NCBI GenBank assembly: GCA_003971905.1
Contig: RSEE01000036.1
Span: 496,001 to 560,000 of the forward strand
Origin: Moniliella sp. 'wahieum'
Lineage: Eukaryota
Reading direction: 5' to 3'
Length of the DNA stretch: 64,000 bases
Shown here: positions 50,760 through 62,753 of the stretch, one piece after another
Layout of the letters: every line of letters starts with the position of its first letter
Position numbering within the stretch: position 1 is the stretch's first letter
Position numbers and translations under genes: made by a program
Notes under the pieces: model-generated
The model's input: the letters and a program-made list of their open reading frames with translations, nothing else
Database searches by the model: none
What the model was told of the DNA's origin: nothing

Positions 50760-51369
50760 TCACTTGAACTGCTCGTTGTAGTATTGGTAGGCGTAGTACG
50801 CCAGCAACACTCCAATGGGAATGAACATGAGAATTGGCCTGGGTCAAGCAAAAAAAGAGGGTCAGTGTCATGACAGCAGCGAGTCAGAGGGGCGCTTGGC
50901 CTGCGCCTCAAAAAGAGTCAAGTGCACATGCGCAACGCAACTTACGTTTGAGTCATACGTTCCTGGCTGACTTTCTGCCCACGAGGGATCTCGCCGCTGG
51001 CCTGAGGACAGAGTTAGCTCGGGCCAGTAGCCAAGAAAAAAACAAACAAAAGAGCAGGCAGGGCAGAGCACGTACCGCCGAGCCTTCCAACTGGCCCACG
51101 AGCATCGGCACCAGCATAGCACGCGCATCGTCCGAGTGGCCCACATCATCAAATGCCTCCGTAGCATCTTTGCCCGCCTCGGCAAGCAACACCTCGTCGC
51201 CTCCGGGATGCTCATCGATGAAGTCGGTCACATTGTACACCTTGCCCTCAATCGCCATCCAACAATCGGACGCCTTGCTGTGAGTCGCGAGCTCGGCAGC
51301 GGTGACCTTTGGGGGGCCATCGGGGACAGAAGCAGGAGCGGTGGAAGAGGAAGGGGTGGCGTCCGCCAT
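50760..51369 (-). CDS. CYB5: Cytochrome b5, tail-anchored
   Basis: CWMAIEGKVYNVTDFIDEHPGGDEVLLAEAGKDATEAFDDVGHSDDA; spliced C-terminal TM PILMFIPIGVLLAYYAYQYYNEQFK*. Confidence 0.93.
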
Positions 51370-52062
51370 GGCGACTGGTGGTGGTGGTGGAGGGGGACGG
51401 AGGGCATGCTGCCGGTCGAGCGTGTGGGGGGATCAGCGGCTGAGGTTTGGTGAAATCGCAGTCTCAGAGGGCAGACTCGCGATGGCGCCCGCCCCGCCGC
51501 CTACGCCCACAGGAACACACGACGGCGGGTACACTGCCGTGGCAGCCGTGGCGCGGCGACGCATCCGCATCGAGCCATTCCAAATGGCAATCTTCACAAG
51601 TTCAGTTCACGCACACTGTCCTCCACGTGTTCAACGAACGCTGAGCTCAGCGGTGAAATTTCACCTTTCAACGTTCAGAGCGAACACGTCGCGTGATGCA
51701 TGTCACATGTCGCCGGTCACCTGACAGGTCACACGCGTGTCGCAGTGACAGCGTCCCTGCCTGTCCCAGCTGCATCGATCTGCGGCAGTGGCTGCTTTCA
51801 CAAGCAGGCGATCCATCCTACGCCGCCACACTGCCCTGGTGCTCCGTCCTCCACATCACTGGTCACCGGTCACCGGTCTTCCCGTGCAGCCAGCGCGCAA
51901 TCGCCGCTGGCCTTGTCTGCTTCCCGCCGCACGTGTCCAGCTCGCGTTCCTATCTCAGCCCCTCCCTCCCATTCGCGCTGGCGGCGTTGCGTCCATCAGC
52001 TTGGAAAGTGCCCACCAGTTCACCACCACCTACTCGCCCCCGTGTTGGCCGCTCAAAAAATG

Positions 52063-52154
52063 TAGCTACCGTCGGTCTTGATCCGACGACCTGTGGGTTC
52101 CTCGTGTTTGGGCACGCTATGAGCCCACCGCTCTTCCGCCTGAGCTAGGTAGCT
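52063..52154 (-). tRNA. Initiator tRNA-Met (CAT) with 19-nt intron
   Basis: AGCTACC/GGTAGCT acceptor with A1-U72; anticodon stem GTGGG/CCCAC (3 G-C pairs); GATC T-loop typical of eukaryotic initiator tRNA; T-run terminator. Confidence 0.9.
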
Positions 52155-52592
52155 GGCTGCGTTGCTGGGGCCAAAGCAGACTGCTGACGGAGGCATTCCG
52201 TAACCTTGCGCACCCGCCGTGCGCCTCTCCGTTTGCGTTATGCTCTGATATAAAATTCACCATTGTCCGTATCCACTCGACCTACATCAGGTTTCTGAAA
52301 ACGTATGCGTTGCGGGAGAGTCAGAGAGGTTGCTCGCGCCTACTACCGATGTCATTTCTGTTTCCTGATTGGATGTGGTCGCAGTAATCGAGCGGACCGG
52401 AAATACCGGGTGCGAGCTGGGAAGAGCCCGTCTGGATAAAAATGGCAGATCATTCAGTGGTCCAACACATACCAAAGCTCCATAAGTGACACTTGAAGAA
52501 TCTGAGAAAGACAAGCCATCATTGCATCCCCCCACCCTCCCCGTTTAGCTATGAGTCGTGCCTGCACGAGATGCATCTCTGATCAATCAAGT

Positions 52593-54356
52593 TCATGCTG
52601 CTGCTGACCGGGACCCTGCCTCGGCCTCAAAGCAACTCGGCCATTCTCCTTCTCCATTCACCCACGCCAACTTGCGCAGCACGGTGGGAAGTGGGCAAAG
52701 GCCCTGACGGAGCAACGGGCTACCCGACTCTGTTTCTGCCCTGCCCCTTCCCCTTCCCCCTCGAAGGGGCACCAGCCCGGCTGAACGGTTGCACTGCCTC
52801 GTTGATCCGGACCCGGACAAACTCCGTTTCCCACCCGGCGCACGTGATCAGCTCCCATACATGCTTGGTCTGGTACGGTACCACGCGCGATGCGGCAAAC
52901 GTTCGACTGTGCGCCGCCTTGGTTTCCGCGCCGGGTTCGGGCGGTAGATGCGAAGTGGGAAACAGGCCAAATGCGAACGCCAGCCCGGCCATGTTCGTGT
53001 CATGAGTAAAGTCAGCGTACATGGTCAGGTTGGCTTGGGAGGGAAGAGGGAAGCCACCTTGGGCCAGGGTGGTGGTGTTGATGGTCGTGATGGGTTCGAG
53101 AGCGGGGGGACGATTGGCAAGGCGGGCATACAGTTCACGTAGGTAGCCTTGGTATGCACCGCGATAATATGGATTGCCAGCCGCTGTACCATGGTAAAAC
53201 TTGAGCGAATAGTAGTAGTCCAGGACGCGCCACTCCTCGGGGCTAAAGAGGGAGCAAACCGGGGAGAGGTGCAGGTCCAACCTCCCTCTTTTACCTCCGC
53301 CGTGGTCAAGGTGGTAAACGAACATAGTGACATTAGACTTTCCACCTCCCCTACCGTCAACGATAGATTGGCCGGGCGCAAGCGTTGCTCCAACCGTTTT
53401 CCCACCACGGGAACCAGCGTGTTGGCTCCGTAGGTATGTGCCGCATCGCTGTGCCATTGGCGATAGGCTGGACACGTCGACGGATCCAGGGTATTGTTCA
53501 CCCCTCTCAATTCACTCACCACCACGTCCAGCTCAGGGAGTGGGGTGAGGTTGCGAACCGCTTCCGGACCGGCCATAGTCTCTTGGGGAAAGAGTGGTTG
53601 CCAAACCCTTGGAGCCACCAGCGCGCCGTATAGAGTACCCGGTCGCTGGGCACTTCTGATTGGTTGCCATAATTGCCTGAGGCACGTACGAAGGGCTTGA
53701 ACTGGGCCAAGTGGCCATACACTTGGCGATCAAACAAGCCCGAATAGTACCCTCTATTACAGAAGAAGTGCAGAAAGCGTCAATCCTTCTTCAAACGCAG
53801 GGAAGGGGAGAGAAGATAGAGAGAAGAGACGATTCGAAAGGAAACGAAAGGAAGCGATACTGATACCAAGCACAGGGGGAGGAGACGCACTGTAACGCCC
53901 CGTAAGGCACCAAGTCGCCTACGCTTGTAGGAGCCGTGAGGTTGCGCAAGAATCCCAAGGCAGGATCAGCGCGCTGGTGGTCTGGGATGTGCTTCAACGC
54001 ATGATGCAAGCGGGCTAGCGTGCGTTCGATTTGTGTCTGGGCATTGCGGGTGGGGAAGCGAGCGCCGTGGCGCTGGACCGAGTTGACCAGCGTCACGCGG
54101 CATCCTGCGGTGGGTACAGCTGTTGCTCGGCGGCACGCATCACTACCCATTCGCGAGGGTGCGTGCGCACTTGGGAGCTGAGCAAACTTGCATCGGCACC
54201 ACGCGCGCTGTAGGAGCCCAGATGGTGGAACGCGCTGCTGGGCAGCTCCACCTCTTGCTCCAGCGGGCCGTACCCGTCGAGCCATGCGCTCCCAGGTCCA
54301 CCACGAGCGACACCAACGCTTGTCAGAAGCACAACAAGGGCGGGTGCCAGGCGCAT
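52593..54356 (-). CDS. Secreted histidine acid phosphatase / 3-phytase
   Basis: Signal peptide; HHLGSYS; active-site RHGARFP; YADFTHDT (HD motif); FAASRVVPY, FVRVRINEAV, terminal GEWPSCF. Intron ~53760-53890; frameshifts. Confidence 0.9.
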
Positions 54357-54931
54357 GAGAGGCAGGTGGGGCCGGGTGCAGGCGGTGGAGAAAGGGGGAA
54401 GGCGTCTGACATATACAGGGGGGAGGCAGCCTTGAAGGTGCCTCTCCGCGTATGAGATGTTCTTGGTACCGACGTAGTACTCGGACGGCTATTTTAAGTG
54501 TGCAAGAACAGGGGTCACCTGACCGTCATGCTGGTCTGACCGGCCACGTTCCCATTGGCGGGCTGGGGCCTAGACCACTGCGGTTCGATGGCGGGCATGT
54601 GTGCCGACGTGACGCTGGCGGGCAGAGCCTGTGTCCACAGGTGGGCATCTCTTGGACCTCCGCCAGGCCAGGCCCGACCTCAGGGCCGAGGCCCAGCGAT
54701 CCACTAGCTGGTCTACTATCCCCTCCGCCGACTCGGCGAGGGACAGAGGGTGACGTCAGCAGCGCGTGCTTACCTCAGCGCGCGCTGTCCAGGCGCGGGC
54801 CAGCGTGGAAGGCGGCGGCGGCGGCAGCGGTAGGGTTGGGCGCCTGCTGCGTTCGCTGGGGGCGGCCGGCTGGCTGCCACCCAACTGCCGCTGCTCGCCG
54901 CCCCGCCGCTCCACTCGCCTCGACGCCGCCC

Positions 54932-57158
54932 ATGGACGATCCGCTGGCCATCTGGGGCGCCGACTCGGACGCCGACGCCTCCTCCGACGCGCCCCCGCCC
55001 GTCGCCGTCCCCCGGCGGGTCCTCGCCCTCCTCCCCACCACCCACCGCGTCCGCGTCTGCTTCTGCCTCCGCCTTGCCCCTGCCTCCGCTCTCGCCCCCG
55101 CCCCGCCCCCGCCCCGTCCCCGCCGCAGCGACGACGATGACGAGCCCGGCTGGGGATTGGCGCCTTCCTCGCCCTCCCGCGCCCGCCCAGCCCGCCGCCG
55201 TGCCCATGCACATCTCCCTCCCCCCGCCTTCGCCCATGCTGTCCGTGTCGGACGTGCCCACCCCGCCCGCGCCCGCCGAGCCCCCCCCGCCCCCCACCCG
55301 GCCTCGCACGCGGCTCCGCCAGTCGTGCAAACATCCACCGAGGGCGTCGGCGTGGAGGCCGGCCTGGCCTACTACGAGTCGGAGCAGTCCAGGTCCTCGA
55401 GCGCCAGTGCATCGCGGCGCGCTTCGGGCCACAGCACCCCCACCGGCGTCCATGACAAGGCCGGCCTCAAGCTCAGCACCATCACTGCCCCGCCCACCCC
55501 GGACGAACAGCTGCCGGGCACACTTGCCTACCCCCACGGCCCTCTTGCCGTATTCAGTCCCGGACTGAGCCCCACCTTGCCAGGTACTGCCACGCGGATC
55601 GTCGGACGACCTGCCGGGCCTTCCTCTGCCCACCCCATCCTGCTCCACCAACATCTCTCCCGCTTGCATCAGCAAGATGCAGAGGCCAACGAAAAAGGAA
55701 AAGGGAAAGAGGTGGAGGCGTCTGTCTCGCCGGCTGAGCCAGCGGCTGATCAGCTCGGGGCTGAGAGGGAGGAGAAGCAAAAGGGGAAGGAGGACGTGGC
55801 CCTGACGCATACCCAGGCAGAGACGGAGCCTGAAACCGAGCCCGAGCCAAAGCCAAAGCCAGGGCCAGAGTCAGAACCTGAGCCAGAGACGAAGCCAAGG
55901 CAAGATCTAGAAGCTGCTGCGCCAGAGCCCATGCCGGCTGCCTCTGTTCCCTCTGCTCCGGAGCTCCAATCGTCCAACACGACAACAACCGGCCCTGCTG
56001 ACGCCGATGGGTTTCCGGACGACGGGTTCCCGGACGATGATGGGTTCGACGGCTTTGGTGAGCCAGGCGAGTTCACCGAGGGCGACGACTTTGGGGACTT
56101 TGGGGACTTTGGAGAGGCCGAAGCCGTACTTGCGCCTGCTGTGGCTGCACCAACAGCTGCCGGCGGTTGCGCAGACTGTTGCAATTCCCGCCACCGAACC
56201 TTCTCTCCAGGTTCCCGTCTATCCTTCTGACCCCGACGCGACCTCCGTCATGGCTGCGCTCTCGCGCGCTCAACTCTTGCCCTGGCTGTTTTCGCTGCCA
56301 TCTGCGAGCGGGCCGGAGAGTGTGGATCGGATTGCTTCGTTGGGACGTGGGGGATCCGGCAAACGGGGGGCGCAGGCCAAGTATTGGGCTCGTCGGAGGT
56401 GCGATAGGCTTGTTGGAACGGATGAAGCACTTGCCCGACTTACCGCCCGTATCATGGGAGCGCAGTCGCACTCGTGCCGAGCACCGTCACTCGCTCGCCT
56501 TGCCCACTGCCCCACCCCGGCCTCAGCCCAACCGGTCCCTCTCGCTTGCCGTCACTCCCGACGACACCAAGCTCTCCCGCACCGCCTCCCCAGCCCCGGC
56601 GCAGCGGAGCAATAGCCTGCAGCCTTCCACCAGCGAGGACGAGCGCAAGAGCAAGCGAGCGCCAACGAGCCCCCGCCTGGCTCGCGCCTGGATCGCGCCG
56701 CGGCACAGGCCGTGCTGAGCCACAACGCCGACGCGCTCCACCTGCTCTCCCTGCCCATCCTGCGCAACTTGGTCGACAGCGCCACGTCATTAACGGGCGC
56801 TGCCAGCAGCGAGCTGACCCACTGGCTCGAAGTGCGCGACGCGCTGGCAGCCGATGCCGAGACGTACAACACGATGATTCGCGATTTGGTCGTTGGTGCC
56901 TCGGCACGGTTGGGACCCGGTGCGCCACCGCCTTCGTCCGTTCGGGAGGGGGGAAGAAAACGGGGCGATGCGGTTCACGATGGGCGCCGGCATCCCGCGG
57001 CCGCAATCGCCAGCGTCCCGTTCCCCTGCTGCCTCCAGCCCAGCCAGCCGTACGGGGACCCCACTGGGCACCCATACCAAGGCTGGCAGTGGGCGCCAAA
57101 CGCCTTTGGGCCAGCGCTAAGGGCAGCTCAGGCTGGTGCGAGCGACCAAGCTCAGTGA
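54932..57158 (+). CDS. Acidic low-complexity protein with DFGDF-type gamma-adaptin-ear binding motifs
   Basis: MDDPLAIWG..., DDDEPGWG, DDGFDGFG and DDFGDFGDFG, plus a helical C-terminal part (LTHWLEVRDALAADAETYNTMIRDLV). Frameshifts. Confidence 0.55.
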
Positions 57159-57736
57159 GGAACAACCGCCTGCCCATCTCGCGTCTCCTTTCCATCCTGC
57201 TTGCCTGACTCGCTTCTGTAATGCCCCTGCTGGAGCGGGCGGGCAGAGGTTTGCAGAGCGACTCGGGTGATGTGATGCATTGGTTTGGTCTAACAGAGGG
57301 AGATGCTACAACTACAAACCAGATAGGGACGAGGCGGCCGGGCCAGTCCGTCCACCAGCATGTAGTGGAAGAGGTATTAGTTGCTGGTTGTCGGAAGCAG
57401 AAGACAAAGGGACAGGACGTGGGGCGGAAGTAGCAGGGAGGACATGGGGAAGATGGACATGTAAGCAGCACTGGACAATTGAGGTATGGTGTTGGGGAGC
57501 GCGAGGAAAAGAGGGATGGGGGTAGCAAATGCTGGCAGCTGAAGAGCTGCGACCACATTGGCACCCATACCACTGGCAGCCAGGGAAAGTAGAGAGGGGG
57601 CTGCAGGCGAGCATGCGAAAAAGCAACAGGATGCGTTCCATAAGCCGCCACAGAGGATGATGAGCCAGGGAGTATGATGGTATGGACGAGAGAGAACAGA
57701 GGTGCATGTATGGAGATATGGGTACCACGTTTCCGT

Positions 57737-59793
57737 GGGGGCAAAAAAAGGAAGAGTAGGCCGAGTCGTCAGTCGTCAGTCGTCAGCCCTCAGCGTACCG
57801 CCCGACACACGTTCTCGAACCGTCGAGCCAGAGCGCACCGCGCTTGGTAGCGGGCTGGATCGTGGTGGGCCAAGGTCGGGTGAGCCAGGAGGAGGGTCTC
57901 AACTTGGTCCAGAAGACCTCCTTTGCCCTCGAGCGGAAGGAGGCCGTGATCGTACTGGTGGATGCGGGTTTGGAAGATGGCTAGGTCAGTCGGTGAGAGT
58001 TCGGCGGCCAGGCAACGGTACGTGTCACGGTGGGCTCGGAGGTCGGATTCAGTCAGGCCCGAGTAAACTGTTGGTGGGGTATCAATAGGCAGGTCCAAGG
58101 TAGGGTGACCAGGGCAGTTGGGAGAGGAAGGGAGACAGGTTCAAAGGGCAAGGTGGGAGGGGAACCCGATGATGGGGATAACTGGTTCCGCACCCTGTTC
58201 TCGCCCACTTGTCTCTCCCTTATTGCTCGTCCGTCGGCTGCTGCGCACGACCTCCTCCGGGTCGAAGAAGTAGACGGGGCGTGTGACTGCCGTGGAAAGT
58301 GCCGAGACGGGCCCAGGCGGGCACGAGTACTCCTAGTACTGCGTGCTTGCGCAACGTCGGGCGAAAATAAGTCGTGACCCCAAGTGGGAATGGTTCCATA
58401 CAAGCTCGAGGTGGACCCTGAGCTGGTGGACGTGCATCCTCGCGGACGAGATGCACATGCGTCCTCCTCTACCTTGGCAGGGGGGGCAAACGAAGAAGCA
58501 ATGGCGGGGAATTCAGTCGCGGGTTCATTGGCCAGTTGCATATAGGGGAGAGTTGGACATCGTTGCTTCCCCCGGACCGGACGGGGAGATCATCCCCAGC
58601 GAAAGAATCGTGCCGTGTGTTGTTACTTTGCAGGGACAGACAAGAGCGCTTCGAAACAGTGGTCGGCGCGGAAGGCGGATTGGTGGTGGCTACGCCGTGA
58701 TGCTGTGTGGACATGTGGGGTGGCAAGGGACTTGGCCTACTAGAACTTCAAGGGGGCTGGGGAAGGAACCGTTAGAGGTGTTGGGACTGTTTCGCAGTGG
58801 TTGGCGATTGATGAAGGTCCATCCTCTGTCGCTCGGCTGGTCGCATGTTGGGGTTCAGAAGGAAGTGGGCTGGAACAGCAAAGTGGATTATCGAAGAGAG
58901 TATCGGCATGTGTCTTTTGCATCAACCACATCATAGAGGTCTGTCAGCACCGCACTGTCGATACACCCCTCGAGCTAGGCACGAAAGGGACAAGCTAGCA
59001 CTCGCCATGAAGGAACCATCAGATGTCAGATGACACACGTGACATATGACATACCTTTTGGTGCAGTTGGCGCGCGATGGAGGCCCAGAGATCTGCGTTG
59101 TTCGAAGCCGCAGCAAGCTTAACTTCAGCTTCTTGCCGCTCGCCCTGAAGCAGGATCAGCTTTCCTTCCAAGTGGGCCAGCAGGCGGGGGGTGAGATGCG
59201 CATTCTCGGCTCGGAGTTGAGAAAGGCAGGCGTGCTCCGCCCTTAGGGCATGGACCTCAGACCGTAAAGATCCGCTGTTGCGCAATGACCTGGGCATGAC
59301 GGTTCGGGCAACCGCGGGGAGGGAGAGGCGGCAAGCGCGGAGGATCTTGCAGTGCGTAAGTACCCATCCTCTCCAAGTCAATACGGCAGGTGTCGTCCTG
59401 CTCTTCAGCGGCAGGGGAAGACAATGGCGTCTCGGGCTCTGGCTCTTCGGGCTGGCTGGGGCTCGAAGCAAAAGGGGAGCATCGCAAACTTCCAACCTCG
59501 ATCTTGGTCTCGTCGCTAGCCGCAGAAGACGACACGGTCGTGGTGTTTTCGAACGAGGAGTCAAGAAAGGTGGATGTGGGTGCGGCTGAGTGTTGGAGGG
59601 GTTGATCGAGAGGTTGAGTCCACTGGCTAGGCGACCAACACACCGGCGACGGCCCTAATGCGGTGCTTAACACACGAATGTGCCGAGGATGGGCGGAGGA
59701 TGAGGGACCAGTGGGTTGGTGGCGAGGGCGGGTGGGGGGGAGACGGCCGGAACGGGAGGAGGCGGAGGACGATGGGGAGGACGAGGTTGGCAT
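57737..59793 (-). CDS. Hypothetical Ser/Pro-rich protein with central coiled coil
   Basis: Chain of minus-strand ORFs (59257-59808, 59019-59564, 58053-58541, 57790-58098); no recognised domain. Confidence 0.4.
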
Positions 59794-61069
59794 CGCGGTG
59801 CACAACACAGGAGATAGTTATACGTGGCTTGGATCCCAGTTGGTACCGGCGGAGGGAGAGCGTATATACGGAGGGGGGGTAGTGTGGAAAGAGAGGTGAC
59901 GCGGTGACGGCGGGAGGAGGAGGCGGCGGAAGGTACGGCTGGGTTTTGAACGTTGGCTGACTACTATAGTAGTGTGTAAGACCGGAGGAACCCAAGGGAT
60001 TGGGTGAAGAACCTCTGGAAATGTAGAGCAATGCAATCGCGATGGTGGTGGTTTTTGGTCTAAGCCTTGTGCCACACCTAGAGACAGGGGTTCAGACAAG
60101 CCTGAGTATACACGTGGAGGCTTCGGAGGACAAATCAGGGGTGAAGGGTGATGAGTGATGAGGCGCCTTGGCCCACGTACGGGACCACGGGTCCCAACAT
60201 AGTGGCTGAGATTCAATTGGTGGGAATGTGGAGGTGGTCGTCTGTGATGGAGCGGCGCAAACGAGGGATCAGAAACGAGGGATCAGAAACGAGGTGTATA
60301 CGATACTGCGGGGGGGCTTGGATGGCGGGTGGACTCGTCATTAATCATTTCTTTCTGGGGGCGGTGCGCGATCGCGTCAGCTCTGATCGAGGGCTGGGCT
60401 GAGCCTCAGGGCTGAGAACCCGAGGCCGATCGGATGGATCCGATGCTGGCAAGTATGCAGCTGTTGATTCAGTTGATCTGCCGCCCGATCATCGATGGCC
60501 ATTGATCATCGAGATCATTGCCATCCTGCGTTTCTGTTTGTGCGGGTGGTGTGTTTGAGCCGCGGTGGGAAGACCCGCCCGTGACGTGATGGTAAGTCAC
60601 CGAGTCTGAGGTCCCAGGACGAGAGTAGGGTCGACGATCAACTGGGTTAGATACGTGGGACATGGGACGTCGAATGTGTGGCAATGGAGGATCGATGATC
60701 GATGATCCAAGAAGTCACATCTCGATCATTGATCGCCCGGGGAGTGGTGGGCCCCATCTACATCGAGACTCTTGCGGAAAACACACCGCGCACATCGTCG
60801 ATGCGATGTACATGTATTAGGCCCAAAAGTCGAGATCCTAAGATGTTCAACCGCTATGCTGTGGGTTAGCGCTCAATTGAGCGTTGAGCTCAACGTTCAA
60901 CACGTTCAACGCATTGAACCAAGTTCCTCAGCGCTCAAGCTACACGTTGACTGTGGATTATAGCCCCTGCGTGGCAAAAACATCTCAGATAGCCCCTTTT
61001 TGCACCCTTTTCGGAGCAAATAAATCTTCCTATCAGGGTCTCCTTGATTGTCCGTACTTTGGGACTCTC

Positions 61070-61097
61070 TTCAAGCTTCAAGCTTCAAGCTTCAACG
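61070..61097. repeat. (TTCAAGC)n heptamer tandem repeat
   Basis: TTCAAGC x3 followed by TTCAACG. Confidence 0.8.
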
Positions 61098-62031
61098 TGC
61101 AACCTTCAGATCTCAGAGGCGGTTCAGGGCATCTCTGTCACATGTCATTGATCCAATGTAGCTCCCACAGCCGCCCCTACTAGTCCCAGCGCCGACTGTG
61201 TCCTCATACGTTGTCTTCAGCCCACACATTATAGTGTCCTCTGCCACACATATGGGTAACACACAGAGGTACTATATCGGCCGTCAGAAGAAAGAGTACG
61301 TGCCCAATTACGCCAAACACTCTTTACGGCCCCTGAAAATTATGTCTCATCGATCGTCGAATAAGGTCCTCTGCTCTATATCTGTTCCCTCAGGCCTCAG
61401 GCGAGGAGCATCCAAGTCAGTGATATATTACTGGTATCGTTTTATCCTCATGAAGTTGGGAATAGTGTCGAGAGAGCGCTATTTATATTACCTTTCTTTA
61501 GCTGTTTTGTGGTAACGGATGACGACAAAAGCGCTCGACGCCCTGACTCCGCCTTTTGCACCACAACACCCACTACAGTGTACCCACCCATATCATCTGC
61601 AAAACTAAGAGCAGCCAAGCTTCAAGCTCTTCAAGCCAACTTCAGCTTTCAAGAGGAGCTCCAAATGATGCACATTGAACGTACTGATGAATTCAACGCT
61701 GAGCTGAACGTAATGGTCTTCGTGGCCACACGGCAGTGCAACCAGAAGAGAGACTCACACACAGGTGAGTCATCGTGCATCATTATGCATTATTGGCCTC
61801 TGTTCTGTATATTCTTTGTGCCATCTGATTTTGACCCTATAGAACGTACGGTCTTTACTAGTTACTCTCTTCAGTACTTCAGTGTGTTGCTAAAAAAGAA
61901 GGCTGAGATTCAAGGCACGGCTAAACGAAAAGTCGATGATGGATCGATGATATGACGGTCGATTAAAAGACGATAACGGCATTTTAGTGGCGCCAAAAAG
62001 ACCCCGGAAGCATTACCACAGAACAAAACAA

Positions 62032-62146
62032 CATGGCTAATCGAAATTTCTGGTGCACAATCTTGTGGGCCTTGCCCACCTTCAATTTCGTACGTAGTCC
62101 TCACATCTATCCGGAACCTTGTTACCGGCATTTTCGATTAGCTATG
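62032..62146 (-). mobile_element. MITE-like element, copy 2 (115 bp)
   Basis: Reverse complement aligns end to end with 49582-49698, with a few substitutions and small indels; same TIRs. Confidence 0.8.
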
Positions 62147-62753
62147 AAGGGTCGAGAATTGAGAGACGGCAGAGGAGAGAGGCTGCTGCATGAAACAAGC
62201 GCCACGAAGCAGGAATCAGCGATCCGAGAGAACCTGGTCGCCTGGTAGTGTCGCAAGTCACCGTGGCGTGGCGGTGCCGCGATGCGATGACGGGGGTTTT
62301 GATGCAGGTGATCGCCCGCAGATGGTTCTTTTCTGGTGGATAAATTACCGATTGGATACTGGTAGGCTGCCCCCTGCGGCTCTCGATCGTTTCACACCCA
62401 TTGCCAATGGCTGCCCGTTATTGATTCGGCAACGCCCGGCGGTCCCTTGCTCCACACGCGGCGAACAAGCCACACCATCACGCCAGCATTTCACTGTGGC
62501 GCAGCGGCCATGGCTTCTGTTTTGGGTCGTTCTCTACCTTCTCTCGCGCGCCACGCCAACTGTCCAAGACTTGGGCACCAGCCCAACCGAGTGCATCCAT
62601 CGCAGCTGCTTCTCCTTCCTTCCCCACCGCCCAGCCCGTCTACCAGTACAGGTCCCCAGTCCATGCAGCCGCTCTGGTCTAAACCCCATACCACGATGCA
62701 CATGATGTAGTGTCCCTGCCTCCAGACCAACAACAATCAATATCAATATTCAA

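Noticed and set aside
26848..54356. Secondary-metabolite or defence gene cluster
   Set aside because: No PKS, NRPS, terpene synthase, NLR or repeated-core RiPP precursor; genes are mixed housekeeping functions.
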